Of a stretch of DNA of 64,000 bases, positions 50,401 to 60,510 are shown piece after piece. Below the pieces are notes generated by a model. The model was not told where the DNA came from. It saw nothing but the letters and a program-made list of their open reading frames with translations, and made no database searches. The DNA is from an uncultured Planctomycetota bacterium (GTDB lineage: Bacteria; Planctomycetota; Planctomycetia; Isosphaerales; Isosphaeraceae), in the NCBI GenBank assembly GCA_963737655.1, contig CAVTTN010000002.1, forward strand, positions 2,368,001 through 2,432,000, in the 5' to 3' direction. Every line of letters starts with the position of its first letter. Position 1 is the first letter of the stretch. A program made the translations under genes and the position numbers.

Positions 50401-53400
50401 GACGCCCAGGGCCGGTTCGCCTTCGTCGCCCCGACGGCCCTGCCCAACGGCTTCCAGACCGTCCGGGTGGTGGTCGTCGGCGCCAGCGATTCGCCCCCCC
50501 TGCCCGGCCTCTCCTCGCTCCTGGAGAACTCGTTCCGGATCGTCACGAACAGCCCCCTGATCACGACCGACGGCTCGTCGATCCAGCAGGGCCAGAAGGT
50601 CCCGACGCTGACCAACGTGACGCTCGACGTGCTCGACCCGGTCCTCCCCTCGGACCTGGGCAACCCCCTGGCGGTGCCCACGCAGTTCTCCGTGCCCGCG
50701 CTGGACCCGGCCACGGCGGACAACATCAGCAACTACTCGCTGGTGAACCTCGGCTCGGATAACGCGATCGGCGGGACCACGTCCGACACCGCCGACAAGG
50801 ACTATTCGAGCTACATCACGTCGGCGAACTTCGTGACGACCGGGCAGAGGACCGCGACGAACGACCCGTTCCTGGGCCAGATCAACCTGACGTTCGCCCC
50901 GGGCCTGCCCGCGGGGCGCTACCTGGTGATCGCCCACCGTCCTCAGCCGGGCTACCAGGGGATCACCGACGCGGCCGGCAACCAGATCGACGCCGACCTG
51001 AACACCCCGGGCGCCCAGGACTTCGTCCTCGTCGTGGACGTGAACCCAACGCCCGCCTACATCACCGGCTTCTACGCGGTGACGCCCGACAGCCTGGGCG
51101 GGGCGCCGACGCTGACCGGCCCCAAGTCGTACTACGAGATCCCGGTGCCCGGCAACACGCCCCGGGCCGTCGCCCCGCCGAACCAGTTCTACATCGACTT
51201 CTCCAGCCCGTTGAACACGGCGGCGGACTACACCAACGACGTCGAGCTGATCCGCTCGGCCAACTCCCCCACGGCCGCCTCCGACGGCGACTTCGGGACC
51301 GACCCGACCTACACCAGCGGAGTGGGCTACACCCGCGTCCCGGGCGTCACGGTCACCCTCGTCAACTCGATCCTGGGCGCCACCTTCGGGACGCCCGGGT
51401 ACAAGAACCGGCTGGTCGTCTCGATCGCGCCGGGGACGAGCCTCCCGGCCGACCACTATCGGTTCTTCATCCCCAATGCGGTCCTGTCCAACGGTCAGGA
51501 CACGAGGATCTTCGACCAGTTCGGCAACCAGCTCGACGGCGAGTTCCTCGGGACGCCCAGCATCTCGGGCAACGGGACGTATGAGGACCTGCTGCCGACC
51601 GGGCAGTACCGGCCCGACGACCTCTCGGGCGACGGGACGCCGGGCGGCTCGTTCGAGACGGGCTTCATCGTCGTGCCCAACGGCAACATCATCTATGCCC
51701 GGCCGGACTACGTGGACGACCCGTTCCTGACCTCCGACGACCCCGACGGCAGCCTCGCCCACCCCTACCCCGTCCTGGCGCCGGAGGCCGTGGCCAACGC
51801 GGCCAACGGCGGCGACCTGAACAGCGTGGCGAACTTCGGGACCGGGTTCAACTCGGTGTACGACCGCTCGGGCAACGGCCACTTCGACCGCTCGGCCCTG
51901 TACGCGGCCGACGTGCTCTCGGCCAAGGGCCCCGTGGTGGTCGTCGCCCTCCCGGCGCTGAACGACAAGAGCAAGACGTTCGTCCTCCAGGCCCCCTCGG
52001 GCAGCAACCCGGTGGCCAACGACGGCTCGGCGACCGTCCCGTTCAACACCGACCTGGTGTTCGCCCCGGGGTCGGTGCTGAAGCTGAGCAACGCGGCCCT
52101 GTTCGTCCAGAACCAGGGCAGCTCGATCCAGGTGATCGGCGGGCCGAACCCGGCCGATCAGGTCGTCTTCACCTCGTACGCCGACGATTCGGTCGGCGGC
52201 GACACCAACGGAGACGGCGCCGACAGCTCGCCCCTGGGCGGCGACTGGGGCGGGATCGTCCTGAGGAACTTCGACGACACCTCCAACGGAGGCCGTCCGA
52301 TCCCCGAGGCCCCGGGCCCCGTCGATCCCCTGAGGAATCACCTGGGCGTCTCGGGCGAGGACGACGCGCTGTCGTACTTCAACTTCGCGCAGGTCAAGTA
52401 CGCCGGAGGGGCGGTCCCGCAGACGATCGGGTTCCGGTTCGACGCGATCACCAACTTCAACTCGCGGCCGGCGATCTCGAACATCGTCATCTCGCAGACC
52501 GGCGGGACGAACTCGCCCCAGGGCGCGATCTCCGGCGACGTGGACTCGTTCCGCGAGGACAACCTCGCCCGGGGCATCCTGGTCCGCCGAGCCACCCTGA
52601 TCAACAACAGCCTCAACGGCATCTACGTCCGGGCCGAGCTGACCGGAGTGGCCGAGCCGACCGACGCGATGACCTACCCGGATAACCCGATCACCCTGGG
52701 CGGCCAGCAGAACTACTCGTTCTTCGCCCCGGTCCCCTACGTCCTGGTGGCCCGCCTCGTCCTCGGCGAGACGCTCCAGCAAGACACCAACGGCAAGACC
52801 GTCGCGAACACCGACCGCTACTATTTCCAGCCCGGCACGGTCTTCAAGTTCCAGAGGGGCGCGGGGATCGACGTCAACAACCCGGGCGCCAGCCTCAACA
52901 TCGGCGACCGGACGTACATCAACGAGTTCGACGCCAACCCCAACCTCGCGCCGACCGACGCCGGCTTCAAGGCCCCGACCGTCGGCGACGCCCAGGTGGT
53001 CTTCACCTCCCTGTTCGACGACAACGCCACGACCTCGTATACCGACCCGAACACCGGCGTGGCCTCGACGATCGTGGCGCCGATCGACACGGACAACGGC
53101 GGGGCGGTGAACCTGCCGACGCCCGGCAACGTGCCGGCCCTGGCCCGCTGGGGCGGCATCGCGATCATCTCCGGGGCGATCTCCGTGATCGACGAGGCGG
53201 ACTTCCGCTACGGGGGCGGCTCGGTCAACTCGGCCAACGGGACGATCCCCCAGCGCGACGTCCTGGACTTCGAGCAACCCGGAGGAGGCCAGCTCACCGG
53301 GACCGGGGCGGGCGGGCAAATCGGCCTCACGCTCTTCGGCCAGCAGATCATCAAGGCCCTGGGCACCACGGCCTACACCACGAACAACACGTTCGAGGAC

Positions 53401-56400
53401 AACGCCCAGGCGCCGATGTCGATCGACCCCAACGGCCTGCTCGCCGCCGACCCGCTCCGCCCGCTCAAGTCGGGCAACCCGTTCTTCCGCGGCAACGTCT
53501 TCCTCCGCAACGACCTCAACGGCCTGGAGGTCCTGCCGAGGTTCCAGGGCGTGACCGGCTACAACCCCAATCTGCGGGTGGACTCGGTCTGGGACGACAC
53601 CGACCTGACCTACATCCTCCGCGGCACGATCAGCCTGGCGGGCGCCGAAATCCGCAACATGTACCCCACGCCGGACTCCACCCAGTTCACCGACGAGCTG
53701 AAGCCGGCGATCACCCTGACGATCGAGTCCAGCCTGCCCGGGACGCTCCTGGCCAACGGCCAGACCATCGGCCTGCCCGGCGAGTCGAACATCGTCAAGC
53801 TCCTGAACACCACGGCGCCGGTGGGCGACGGCGTCAACGGCGGCCAGGGGATCACCTCCGACGAGCAGGGCGGGGCCGGGTTCCTCGTCGGCGTGGACGA
53901 CACGGTCGACCCGCCGGCCGACCCCTTGACCGACCCCGGCTTCTTCAGCCAGATCCGCATCCTCGGCATCGGCGGCAACGCGACGACCGGCCAGCAGAGG
54001 GTGCCGGTGATCATCACCTCGCTCCACGACAACACCGTGGGGAGGACCGTCCGGGGCGTGGACCAGTACGCCGCCATGTTCGGCAACTCCACCGCCCCGG
54101 CCGCGGGCGACGGCGGCGTGATCGAGTTCGGCGCCAACTCGCTGTCGGACTACAACCTGCTCGACCCCCGGGACGGCAGCCTGATCGACAACGCCGACAT
54201 CAAGTACATCACCCGGGTCGAGCAGCAGGGCGGCGGCTGGGTCTACACCAACACGGGGAACAACCGGGTCGACAAGATCGGCAACACGCCCGCCACTCAG
54301 TTCAACACGGCCAAGGCGATGACGATCTCCGACTCGAACTTCTCGAACTTCAGCCAGGTCGGGTTCATCGCCCACCCCTCCGGCGCCACCCAGATCGACC
54401 TGCTGGCCGCGCCGGTGGGCACCTTCCAGCTCCCGGCCCGGGATACGATCCTCCACGGCCAGCCGACGCTCACCTACTTCGTCAACGACACGTTCTCGAA
54501 CATGCCGGTGGGCGTGAGGATCAACGCCGACGGCGGCGCGGACCTCAACGGCCAGACGCCCTCCGAGGCCGTCTTCCTCAACAACACGTTCTACAACGAC
54601 CCGGTGTCCGTCCACCTCGACGCGCCGATCGCCACCGGGCTGAACAACTTCTCGCATAACAACGTCCTGTTCATGGACAACATCTTCGCCAACTCCTCGA
54701 CCGCGGCGATCCAGATCGTCGGCCAGGACTACGGCAGCCAGGGCCAGTACAACTTCTTCAGCGGGGACACCACCGACGTCTCGCTGACCAGCGACTCCGG
54801 CTTCTCCAACAACGAGCCGGTCACCGGCAACCCCGCGTTCCTCGACGCGGCCAACGGCAACTTCCAGCTCCTGCCCAACTCCGACGCGATCGACGCCTCG
54901 AGGTCGGAGCTCGGGCCGACGAACCTCGGCCTGTCGCTCCTGCCGATCGCCGACCAGCAGCTCAACTCCACCGGGGGCGTCCGCAACGCCACCGGCCGGA
55001 CGAACTTCTCCGGCGGCCTCCGCGACGTCTCCAAGCCCGGCGACATCGTCACCCTGCCCGGCTATCCGCTCCACTTCAACGACGGGGCCGGCAACTTCTA
55101 CGACCAGTGGGTCCCGGCCATCGCCGGGACGCCCGGCGCCATCCCCGGGCCGACGACCAACGCCGGCGGCGTGTTCAGCTACACCCCGATCACCGGCGAG
55201 CGCGACCAGGCCGGCTACCTCCGCGTCGACGACCCGAACGTGGCCAACGTCGGGTTCGGCAGCCGGCCGTTCTTCGACATCGGGGCGTATGAATACGTCC
55301 AGCTCAACCCGCCCCACATCACCAACGTGATCGCCACCCTGCCCAACCCGGCCGTCCCGGGCGGCGAGGCCGACACCCTGATCTACACCGCCGGCCAGGT
55401 CCTCGGCACGAACCAGACGCCCGACCAGCTCGTGCTCTTCTTCGACCAGAGGCTGGACCCGACGACCGTCAACAACATGACGATCCTGCTCCAGGCCTCC
55501 GGCGGCGACGGGATCTTCGACAACGGCAACGACAAGTTCATCTCGCTCTCGGGCAAGCTGGTCTACGACCCGGTGGCCAAGACGATCACCATCAACCTGG
55601 CCAGCAGCAACCTGACCCTGGCCAACGACACCTATCGCCTGATCGTCTACGGCTCGGGCTCCAACGTGATCCGCAATCCCCAGGGCCTCGCCCTGGACGG
55701 CGAGAACACCGTCGGCGACCAGCCGAACCAGCCGACCCTGCCGCTGCCCTCCGGCGACGGCTTCCCCGGCGGCAACTTCTTCCTGACCTTCACGGTGGAC
55801 AATCATCCCCCGGCGATCGTCGGGGGGACGTTCAACCTCGCCCCGTCCAGCGATACCGGCATCGGCGGCGACCGGATCACCGACCAGAACCGCCCGAACT
55901 TCGTCGGCCGGATCACCGACGTCGCCCCGCCGGTCAACCCCCTGCTGAACGAGACGGTGTATATCGACGTCTCGACCAAGGGGAACGGCGTCTTCGACCG
56001 CCTCGGCGTGGCCGTGGGCAAGACCGACGCCCTCGGCAACTTCATCGCCACCTACGTGCCGGGCCAGGCCCCCCTGCCCGACTCGGCCTATAGCGTCGGG
56101 CCCGACGGCATCCTCGGCACGGCCGACGACTCGGGGTACTCCGTGGCCCGGGTCCGCATCGTGGACCAGAGCGGCAACGTCTCCAGCCTCAGCGACGCCA
56201 ACGCCCTGCTGTCGTTCGTCGTCGATACGACCGGCCCGAGGGTCACCGGCAGCTCTCCCCTGCCGAACTCCCAGCCGCCGGTGACCGCCGGGACGATCCC
56301 GGTGGCCCTGGTCGTCAGCGAGAACATCAACCCGGCGACCTTCACGGCGCAGTCGGTCAAGGTGACCCGCTCCGGGCCCGACGGGGTCCTCGGCACGGCC

Positions 56401-58140
56401 GACGACGTCTCGGTGGCCGTCGATCCGGCGAGCTTCTCGATCGAGAACCTGCACTCGACCAGCGGCTCGGAGATCCTCCACTTCAACATCATCGGGGCCA
56501 CGGCCAGCGACCTCTACCAGGTCACCCTCCTGGGCACCGGCACCTCCGCGGTCCAGGACATCGCCGGCAACGACCTCGACGGCGAGTTCGGCGGGACGTT
56601 CCCCAGCGGCAACGGCACGCCGGGCGGGGACTTCAACCTCACGTTCATCGTCTACAACCCGGCCAGCACCCACCTGATCTTCGTCGGCCAGACCGCGACC
56701 ACGCCGACGGCCACCCCGGGCACCCGCGCCAACCCGTACCCGACGATCACCGCCGGCATGAACGCCGCCAACCCCGGCGACATCGTGGCCGTCCTGCCCG
56801 GCGTGTACACCGAGAACGTGACCCTGAAGTCGCTCGTCCGCCTGCTCTCGGCCGACAACTCCAGCACCGACTCCCATTTCGTCCCCGGCCTGGCCCTGCA
56901 GACCGTCATCCGCGCCCCGGCCAACAACGGGGCGCCGACCACGACGGTGACCGGGACGAACCTCTACAGCATCCCGGCCCTCTCGACCGAGATCGCCGGC
57001 TTCACCATCGCCAGCCCGCTCAACGGCGACACCGCCCACGGCCCGATCCTCGACGGCTCGGTCGGCCTGCTCCTGAGCAACTCCGACGTCCTGGTGGACA
57101 AGAACTACTTCGTCGACAGCTACATCGGCGCGGGCGTGGGCTTCAACGGGGCCAACGCCGCGGCCCCTCGCTTCGAGAGCGACGGGTTCATCGGCAACAT
57201 CACGGGCCTGGTCGTCAACGCCGGGGCCACCACGTCGTTCCGCAACAACCAGGACGTGGAGATCGCCAACAACGACTTCGCGTTCAACACGTACGGCTAC
57301 TTCCAGATCACCACGGCGACGACCGGGCCGATCCTGGCCGACGTCGTCAACAACATCTTCTGGCAGAACGCCGACCGCTCGGGATTCCGCAACGGCACGG
57401 CGATCCTCACCAACGTCCCGGGCCGGATGACGGTCCAGTACAACCTGTTCTCCGGCAACGGCCCGAGCGATTCCAGCCCGGCCGACGACACGGTGAACGT
57501 GGGCGGCGGGTTCGACCCGACGGTGCTGGGCACCACGCCCGACGCCTTCGGCAACATCACCGGGGCCCCGGCCTTCGCCCTGCCCGTGGACCCCAGGCCC
57601 GACGGCGACGGCCCCGGCAACTTCTTCCTCGCCGCCAACTACGACCTGACCGCCTCCTCGGCGGCCATCGACGAGGCCCTGAACGCGGACGCACCGATCG
57701 TGGACTTCCGCTATCGAGGCCGGATCGCCATCCCGGGCCACGGCCGCACGGGCACCGGCCCGGCGGACATCGGGGCGTTCGAGTACCTCGGCACCTACGG
57801 CGTCGGCTCCGGGACGGCCTTCAATGCCAGCTCGGTCCGGGTGATCGGCCCTCCGGGCGTGCCCAACCAGTCGGCCTCGTCCGGCTCGTCCTCGTCCGGC
57901 GGGACGACCAGCTCGGGCGGGACCGGGACGACCAGCGGCGCGGGCACGACCTCCGGCGGGACGACCAGCTCGGGCGGGACCACCACGGCCGGGGGACGAG
58001 GGCCGACCACGACGACCTCGCCCACCACGACAACCCCCAAGGTGGGCAAGAAGAAGGCCAAGGTGGTCAAGCACAAGGTCGCCAAGAAGAAGCCCAGCGG
58101 ACCCCTCGGCCTGATCAGCAAGTTCCACAAGAAGCACTGA
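47452..58140 (+). CDS. Giant (3562 aa) secreted S8-peptidase-like / Ig-like / beta-helix multidomain protein
   Basis: LEPLENRRLLA leader and prodomain. S8 motifs GVLSDS, DEGRAM...HDIAPGA, SAAGN and GTSAATPNVAG. Repeated DxxGNxLDGE modules, FTSxxDD motifs, two AID...DIGAxE modules, S/G/T linker and Lys-rich tail. Confidence 0.92.
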   Translation: MGSFNDKGRDRRSPRRRGPNDRDRRRQALPILEPLENRRLLAAPGYGPPTWVPTTTNIADVKNGPLAKAGQDLISLYQEYQTYLANDGVAGQFHSKQAGRLEIQGTNVGVDVNVYGDLNAYALAAARLGMKIGAIDTATGIVEGVVPIAQLPALVNVAGTVGVAPIYMPFTHSVGSATDQGEAVMQANTAKTTYGVDGTGQTVGVLSDSVSQVGGGIADSVKTGDLPAGVTVLQDGPAGSTDEGRAMLEEVHDIAPGAKLQFTTADGGEVAFANGIRSLASAGSTIIADDIGYPTEPFFQDGVVSQAVDQVAAQNITYLSAAGNTADSGYQSVFRGANGTVTGVGSGRFMNFDPNGGTALTIGINVYRPSQITFMYDNPFYTTNGVTSDLDIYVLDANNNVVASGTTNNIATQTPFEILQPVQPGLYKVAIKVNAGSPDVGRVAFYEPGDGGFSVDHQYGFAGGTNYPTTNGHPTANGALGIGAVPWFNAPPFDTLPSYSNEPFSSFGPSEIVFSPTGAPLGTTQVRQKPDVSGPDGIDTSFFPVPAAQNTLSTLNPPFPQSSAPPYPGEPATVTGEQATTTELDGNALPNFFGTSAATPNVAGVVALMRQFSPSTTNADISSALKSTTIPLDGTPAGSWGAQSGYGLVQATRAIAALDTFHVTATDPPNLYAETSAPSQIVFAFNGAVDPGTLQPGDLTFLGTPAGVTVTVGQPYLDPANNNVVHFPLTYNIAAGAKANGGYYYQLNAKSITSAANKSVALYSGAFGIADTIAPKVTNVTINGRYINIQFSEAMNPATINKTDIYLERTGSSGVFGSPTNVNLNLDPRAIVAYNAATNTAVLDLSQLDQSELPTDHYALIVTDATTDVVGNRLDGEFSGLFPSGNGVEGGNFVDDLGVRTLTPPQILSLQLAPAYDSGIKGDQNTNNQLPAFVGQVQANFPGTAGGLTVVAEFNALHQGTFDLAQGAGGRGFTGNFDVQVTTDAQGRFAFVAPTALPNGFQTVRVVVVGASDSPPLPGLSSLLENSFRIVTNSPLITTDGSSIQQGQKVPTLTNVTLDVLDPVLPSDLGNPLAVPTQFSVPALDPATADNISNYSLVNLGSDNAIGGTTSDTADKDYSSYITSANFVTTGQRTATNDPFLGQINLTFAPGLPAGRYLVIAHRPQPGYQGITDAAGNQIDADLNTPGAQDFVLVVDVNPTPAYITGFYAVTPDSLGGAPTLTGPKSYYEIPVPGNTPRAVAPPNQFYIDFSSPLNTAADYTNDVELIRSANSPTAASDGDFGTDPTYTSGVGYTRVPGVTVTLVNSILGATFGTPGYKNRLVVSIAPGTSLPADHYRFFIPNAVLSNGQDTRIFDQFGNQLDGEFLGTPSISGNGTYEDLLPTGQYRPDDLSGDGTPGGSFETGFIVVPNGNIIYARPDYVDDPFLTSDDPDGSLAHPYPVLAPEAVANAANGGDLNSVANFGTGFNSVYDRSGNGHFDRSALYAADVLSAKGPVVVVALPALNDKSKTFVLQAPSGSNPVANDGSATVPFNTDLVFAPGSVLKLSNAALFVQNQGSSIQVIGGPNPADQVVFTSYADDSVGGDTNGDGADSSPLGGDWGGIVLRNFDDTSNGGRPIPEAPGPVDPLRNHLGVSGEDDALSYFNFAQVKYAGGAVPQTIGFRFDAITNFNSRPAISNIVISQTGGTNSPQGAISGDVDSFREDNLARGILVRRATLINNSLNGIYVRAELTGVAEPTDAMTYPDNPITLGGQQNYSFFAPVPYVLVARLVLGETLQQDTNGKTVANTDRYYFQPGTVFKFQRGAGIDVNNPGASLNIGDRTYINEFDANPNLAPTDAGFKAPTVGDAQVVFTSLFDDNATTSYTDPNTGVASTIVAPIDTDNGGAVNLPTPGNVPALARWGGIAIISGAISVIDEADFRYGGGSVNSANGTIPQRDVLDFEQPGGGQLTGTGAGGQIGLTLFGQQIIKALGTTAYTTNNTFEDNAQAPMSIDPNGLLAADPLRPLKSGNPFFRGNVFLRNDLNGLEVLPRFQGVTGYNPNLRVDSVWDDTDLTYILRGTISLAGAEIRNMYPTPDSTQFTDELKPAITLTIESSLPGTLLANGQTIGLPGESNIVKLLNTTAPVGDGVNGGQGITSDEQGGAGFLVGVDDTVDPPADPLTDPGFFSQIRILGIGGNATTGQQRVPVIITSLHDNTVGRTVRGVDQYAAMFGNSTAPAAGDGGVIEFGANSLSDYNLLDPRDGSLIDNADIKYITRVEQQGGGWVYTNTGNNRVDKIGNTPATQFNTAKAMTISDSNFSNFSQVGFIAHPSGATQIDLLAAPVGTFQLPARDTILHGQPTLTYFVNDTFSNMPVGVRINADGGADLNGQTPSEAVFLNNTFYNDPVSVHLDAPIATGLNNFSHNNVLFMDNIFANSSTAAIQIVGQDYGSQGQYNFFSGDTTDVSLTSDSGFSNNEPVTGNPAFLDAANGNFQLLPNSDAIDASRSELGPTNLGLSLLPIADQQLNSTGGVRNATGRTNFSGGLRDVSKPGDIVTLPGYPLHFNDGAGNFYDQWVPAIAGTPGAIPGPTTNAGGVFSYTPITGERDQAGYLRVDDPNVANVGFGSRPFFDIGAYEYVQLNPPHITNVIATLPNPAVPGGEADTLIYTAGQVLGTNQTPDQLVLFFDQRLDPTTVNNMTILLQASGGDGIFDNGNDKFISLSGKLVYDPVAKTITINLASSNLTLANDTYRLIVYGSGSNVIRNPQGLALDGENTVGDQPNQPTLPLPSGDGFPGGNFFLTFTVDNHPPAIVGGTFNLAPSSDTGIGGDRITDQNRPNFVGRITDVAPPVNPLLNETVYIDVSTKGNGVFDRLGVAVGKTDALGNFIATYVPGQAPLPDSAYSVGPDGILGTADDSGYSVARVRIVDQSGNVSSLSDANALLSFVVDTTGPRVTGSSPLPNSQPPVTAGTIPVALVVSENINPATFTAQSVKVTRSGPDGVLGTADDVSVAVDPASFSIENLHSTSGSEILHFNIIGATASDLYQVTLLGTGTSAVQDIAGNDLDGEFGGTFPSGNGTPGGDFNLTFIVYNPASTHLIFVGQTATTPTATPGTRANPYPTITAGMNAANPGDIVAVLPGVYTENVTLKSLVRLLSADNSSTDSHFVPGLALQTVIRAPANNGAPTTTVTGTNLYSIPALSTEIAGFTIASPLNGDTAHGPILDGSVGLLLSNSDVLVDKNYFVDSYIGAGVGFNGANAAAPRFESDGFIGNITGLVVNAGATTSFRNNQDVEIANNDFAFNTYGYFQITTATTGPILADVVNNIFWQNADRSGFRNGTAILTNVPGRMTVQYNLFSGNGPSDSSPADDTVNVGGGFDPTVLGTTPDAFGNITGAPAFALPVDPRPDGDGPGNFFLAANYDLTASSAAIDEALNADAPIVDFRYRGRIAIPGHGRTGTGPADIGAFEYLGTYGVGSGTAFNASSVRVIGPPGVPNQSASSGSSSSGGTTSSGGTGTTSGAGTTSGGTTSSGGTTTAGGRGPTTTTSPTTTTPKVGKKKAKVVKHKVAKKKPSGPLGLISKFHKKH

Positions 58141-58177
58141 GGCCCCCGGCCTCGGTGATCCGATCCGAGCCGGCCTT

Positions 58178-58224
58178 CCGGGGCGGCCTTTCCCAGACCG
58201 GGGAAGGCCGCCCCGGGCCGTTTT
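58178..58224 (+). terminator. Putative intrinsic terminator of the giant gene
   Basis: Hairpin CCGGGGCGGCCTTTCCC-agacc-GGGGAAGGCCGCCCCGG followed by GCCGTTTT. Confidence 0.6.
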
Positions 58225-58326
58225 GTCGGGCGGGTAGCGAGGCCCGGATCGCCCGGGTAGGATGGCCAGGGCCCCCGAACGGGCCCTCTCGCCGACTCCC
58301 GGGCGAACGTCCAGGACGATTCCGAA

Positions 58327-59279
58327 ATGAACACGATCGATTACATCTATCGATTCGATCCCAAGAACCCGAGCATGAAGCCGCCGCCCCCCGATGCCGA
58401 GGCGGCCCGCAAGACCCTGGAGGCGGGCAACCGGATGTTCTCCCGGTGGATGGAGTCGTGCCGGACCGGCACCTTCTCCCAGGGCGAGCCGAGGTACGTG
58501 GTCCAGTGCAACGGCCTGGAAGTCGGCATGAACCGCACTCATGGATCGGTCCCCAAGCAGTCGCCGTTCGCCGTGGTGGTCGGATGCTCCGATGCCCGGG
58601 TCCCCACCGAGATGCTCTTTGGCCAGGGGTTCAATGACCTGTTCGTGATCCGGGTGGCCGGCAACGTGATGGGCGACGTCTGCCAGGGATCGATCGACTT
58701 CGCCCTGAACGCCCTGAGCGAGAGCGTGAAGGTCGTGGTGATGCTCGGCCACAGCGGATGCGGGGCCGTCACCGCGGCCGTCGATTCGTACCTGATGCCC
58801 CTGAAGTTCTGGTCCAAGTCCACCACGCCGATGCTCCGGAACATCCAGGAGAAGATCTTCGTCGCCGTCCGCGAGGCGGCCAACGGGATCGAGGACGCCT
58901 GGGGGCCGAGGCGCGAGAGGTTCCAGGTTACCGCGATGTCCTGATCGATGTCGGCGTGGCCGTGAATGCGGCCCAGGCGGCCTTCGACCTCCGGCAGGAA
59001 GTCGAGAGGGCGGCGAAGTGGGAGATCGAGGTCCTCCACGGCGTCTTCAACCTCCACAATCACCAGGTCAGCATGCCGCCCAACCCGATGGCCCCGGTCG
59101 CCGACGAGAACGTCCGCCTCGAGTACGCGCCGACCAATCCGCGAGACTTCCGGGCCCTGGCCGTCCGGATGGCCGAGATGCTCCGGCCCGAGTCGATCGG
59201 AGGGGCGCCGGCGGTCCCGATCTCCCCGCTCGCGCCCTCGCCCGAGCGAGTCCCGGCCAATGGTCCGGCGACGGGTTGA
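58327..59279 (+). CDS. Beta-class carbonic anhydrase (frameshift ~58905)
   Basis: GN..F, GCSDARVP, RVAGN and GHSGCGAV; the C-terminus continues in ORF 58758..59279. Confidence 0.88.
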
Positions 59280-59359
59280 GGGCGTCCTCGGAGTGCGGAG
59301 CGCGGAGTGCGGATTCGGAGAGGGAGACGGAGACGGTGGGCGGGTTTCTCCCGCCTCTT

Positions 59360-59381
59360 GTTGGTGCATTTCATGCACCCT
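59360..59381. repeat. Palindromic motif GGTGCAT-TTC-ATGCACC (copy 2)
   Basis: Perfect 7-bp arms, 14 nt upstream of the permease ATG; preceded by GGAGTGC-type heptamer repeats at about 59290-59320. Confidence 0.7.
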
Positions 59382-59395
59382 AAATTGGGGTTCCC

Positions 59396-60463
59396 ATGAG
59401 CGTCGAGGCGAGCGGTTCGGGGGCGGTGGGTCGTCCTCGGTGGCGAGGGACCCTGGGCTGGGTCTGGACCGCTTTTGGTCCGTTCCTGGGCCTGGTCCTG
59501 ATCTCCGGCCTCTTCATCGGGCTGACCCGCGACTCCGGGACGTTCCTCACCGCGTATACCTGGCGGACGATCGCCGTTCAGACGGTCGTCGTGGGGATCG
59601 CCGCGCTGGGGATGACGGCCGTGATGATCTCCGGGGGGATCGATCTGTCGGTCGGTTCGGTCGTGGCGCTGGTCACGGTGATCGTGGCCTCGGCCGCCTC
59701 GGGCTTCGACCTGATGTTGCCGTTTCGCTCGGCGCCGGTCCATGTTCCGGCGATCCCGGTGGTGCTGGCGATGCTCGTGGGGGTGATGGCCGGCGGGCTT
59801 TGCGGGTTGATGAACGGCGGGCTGATCACCCGGTTGGGGGTGGTGCCGTTCATCATCACTCTGGGTAGCCTGAAGGTCTTCCGCGGGATGGCGAAATGGC
59901 TGTCGGGGAGCACGCAAGTGTATGTGCCCGAGGCCGTGAAGCCGCGATGGATGGAGGGCGTACTCGCCGCCCAGCCCGATCCCCGGTGGCTGGTCGTCGC
60001 CCCGGGGGTCTGGGTCTTGCTCGGTTTGAGCGTTTTGCTCGCCTTGACCCTCAAATACAGCGTCCTGGGCCGTTATCTCTATGCGGTCGGTTCGAGCGAG
60101 CCGACGGCCCGGCTGTGCGGGATCGACGTGCCGGGCGTGAAGCTCGCGGTGTACGGCCTGGCGGGACTGGCCACGGGTTTGGCGGGCGTCATGCAGTTCC
60201 TGTTCATGAACGGCGAAGGGGACCCCGTGGCGGCCGACGGCCTGGAGCTCCAGGTGATCGCCGCCGTGGTGATCGGCGGGGGGAGCCTCTCGGGGGGCGA
60301 GGGCACGGTGCTCGGCACCCTGATCGGCTGCCTGATCATGAGCGTCCTGAACAGCGGATGCACCCAGGCCGGGATCTCCAACGCGAGCCAGGACGTCATG
60401 ATCGGGGCCATCATCGTCGCGGCCGTGGCCCTGGACGGCCTCCGCAGACGCCGTCGGGCCTGA
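59396..60463 (+). CDS. Monosaccharide ABC transporter permease (RbsC-like)
   Basis: GMTAVMISGGIDLSVGS, PFIITLG, GRYLYAVG and ELQVIAAVVIGG.SL.GG.G. Confidence 0.92.
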   Translation: MSVEASGSGAVGRPRWRGTLGWVWTAFGPFLGLVLISGLFIGLTRDSGTFLTAYTWRTIAVQTVVVGIAALGMTAVMISGGIDLSVGSVVALVTVIVASAASGFDLMLPFRSAPVHVPAIPVVLAMLVGVMAGGLCGLMNGGLITRLGVVPFIITLGSLKVFRGMAKWLSGSTQVYVPEAVKPRWMEGVLAAQPDPRWLVVAPGVWVLLGLSVLLALTLKYSVLGRYLYAVGSSEPTARLCGIDVPGVKLAVYGLAGLATGLAGVMQFLFMNGEGDPVAADGLELQVIAAVVIGGGSLSGGEGTVLGTLIGCLIMSVLNSGCTQAGISNASQDVMIGAIIVAAVALDGLRRRRRA

Positions 60464-60510
60464 CCGCCCGTTTCGAAACCTAGTTCCGTCCGGTCCCGGG
60501 AGCCATCGCC

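Noticed and set aside
46810..58752. 3980-aa minus-strand ORF
   Set aside because: Antisense shadow of the 3562-aa gene. Extreme GC3 bias removes stops in the mirror frame, and the translation is R/G/V-rich with no motifs.
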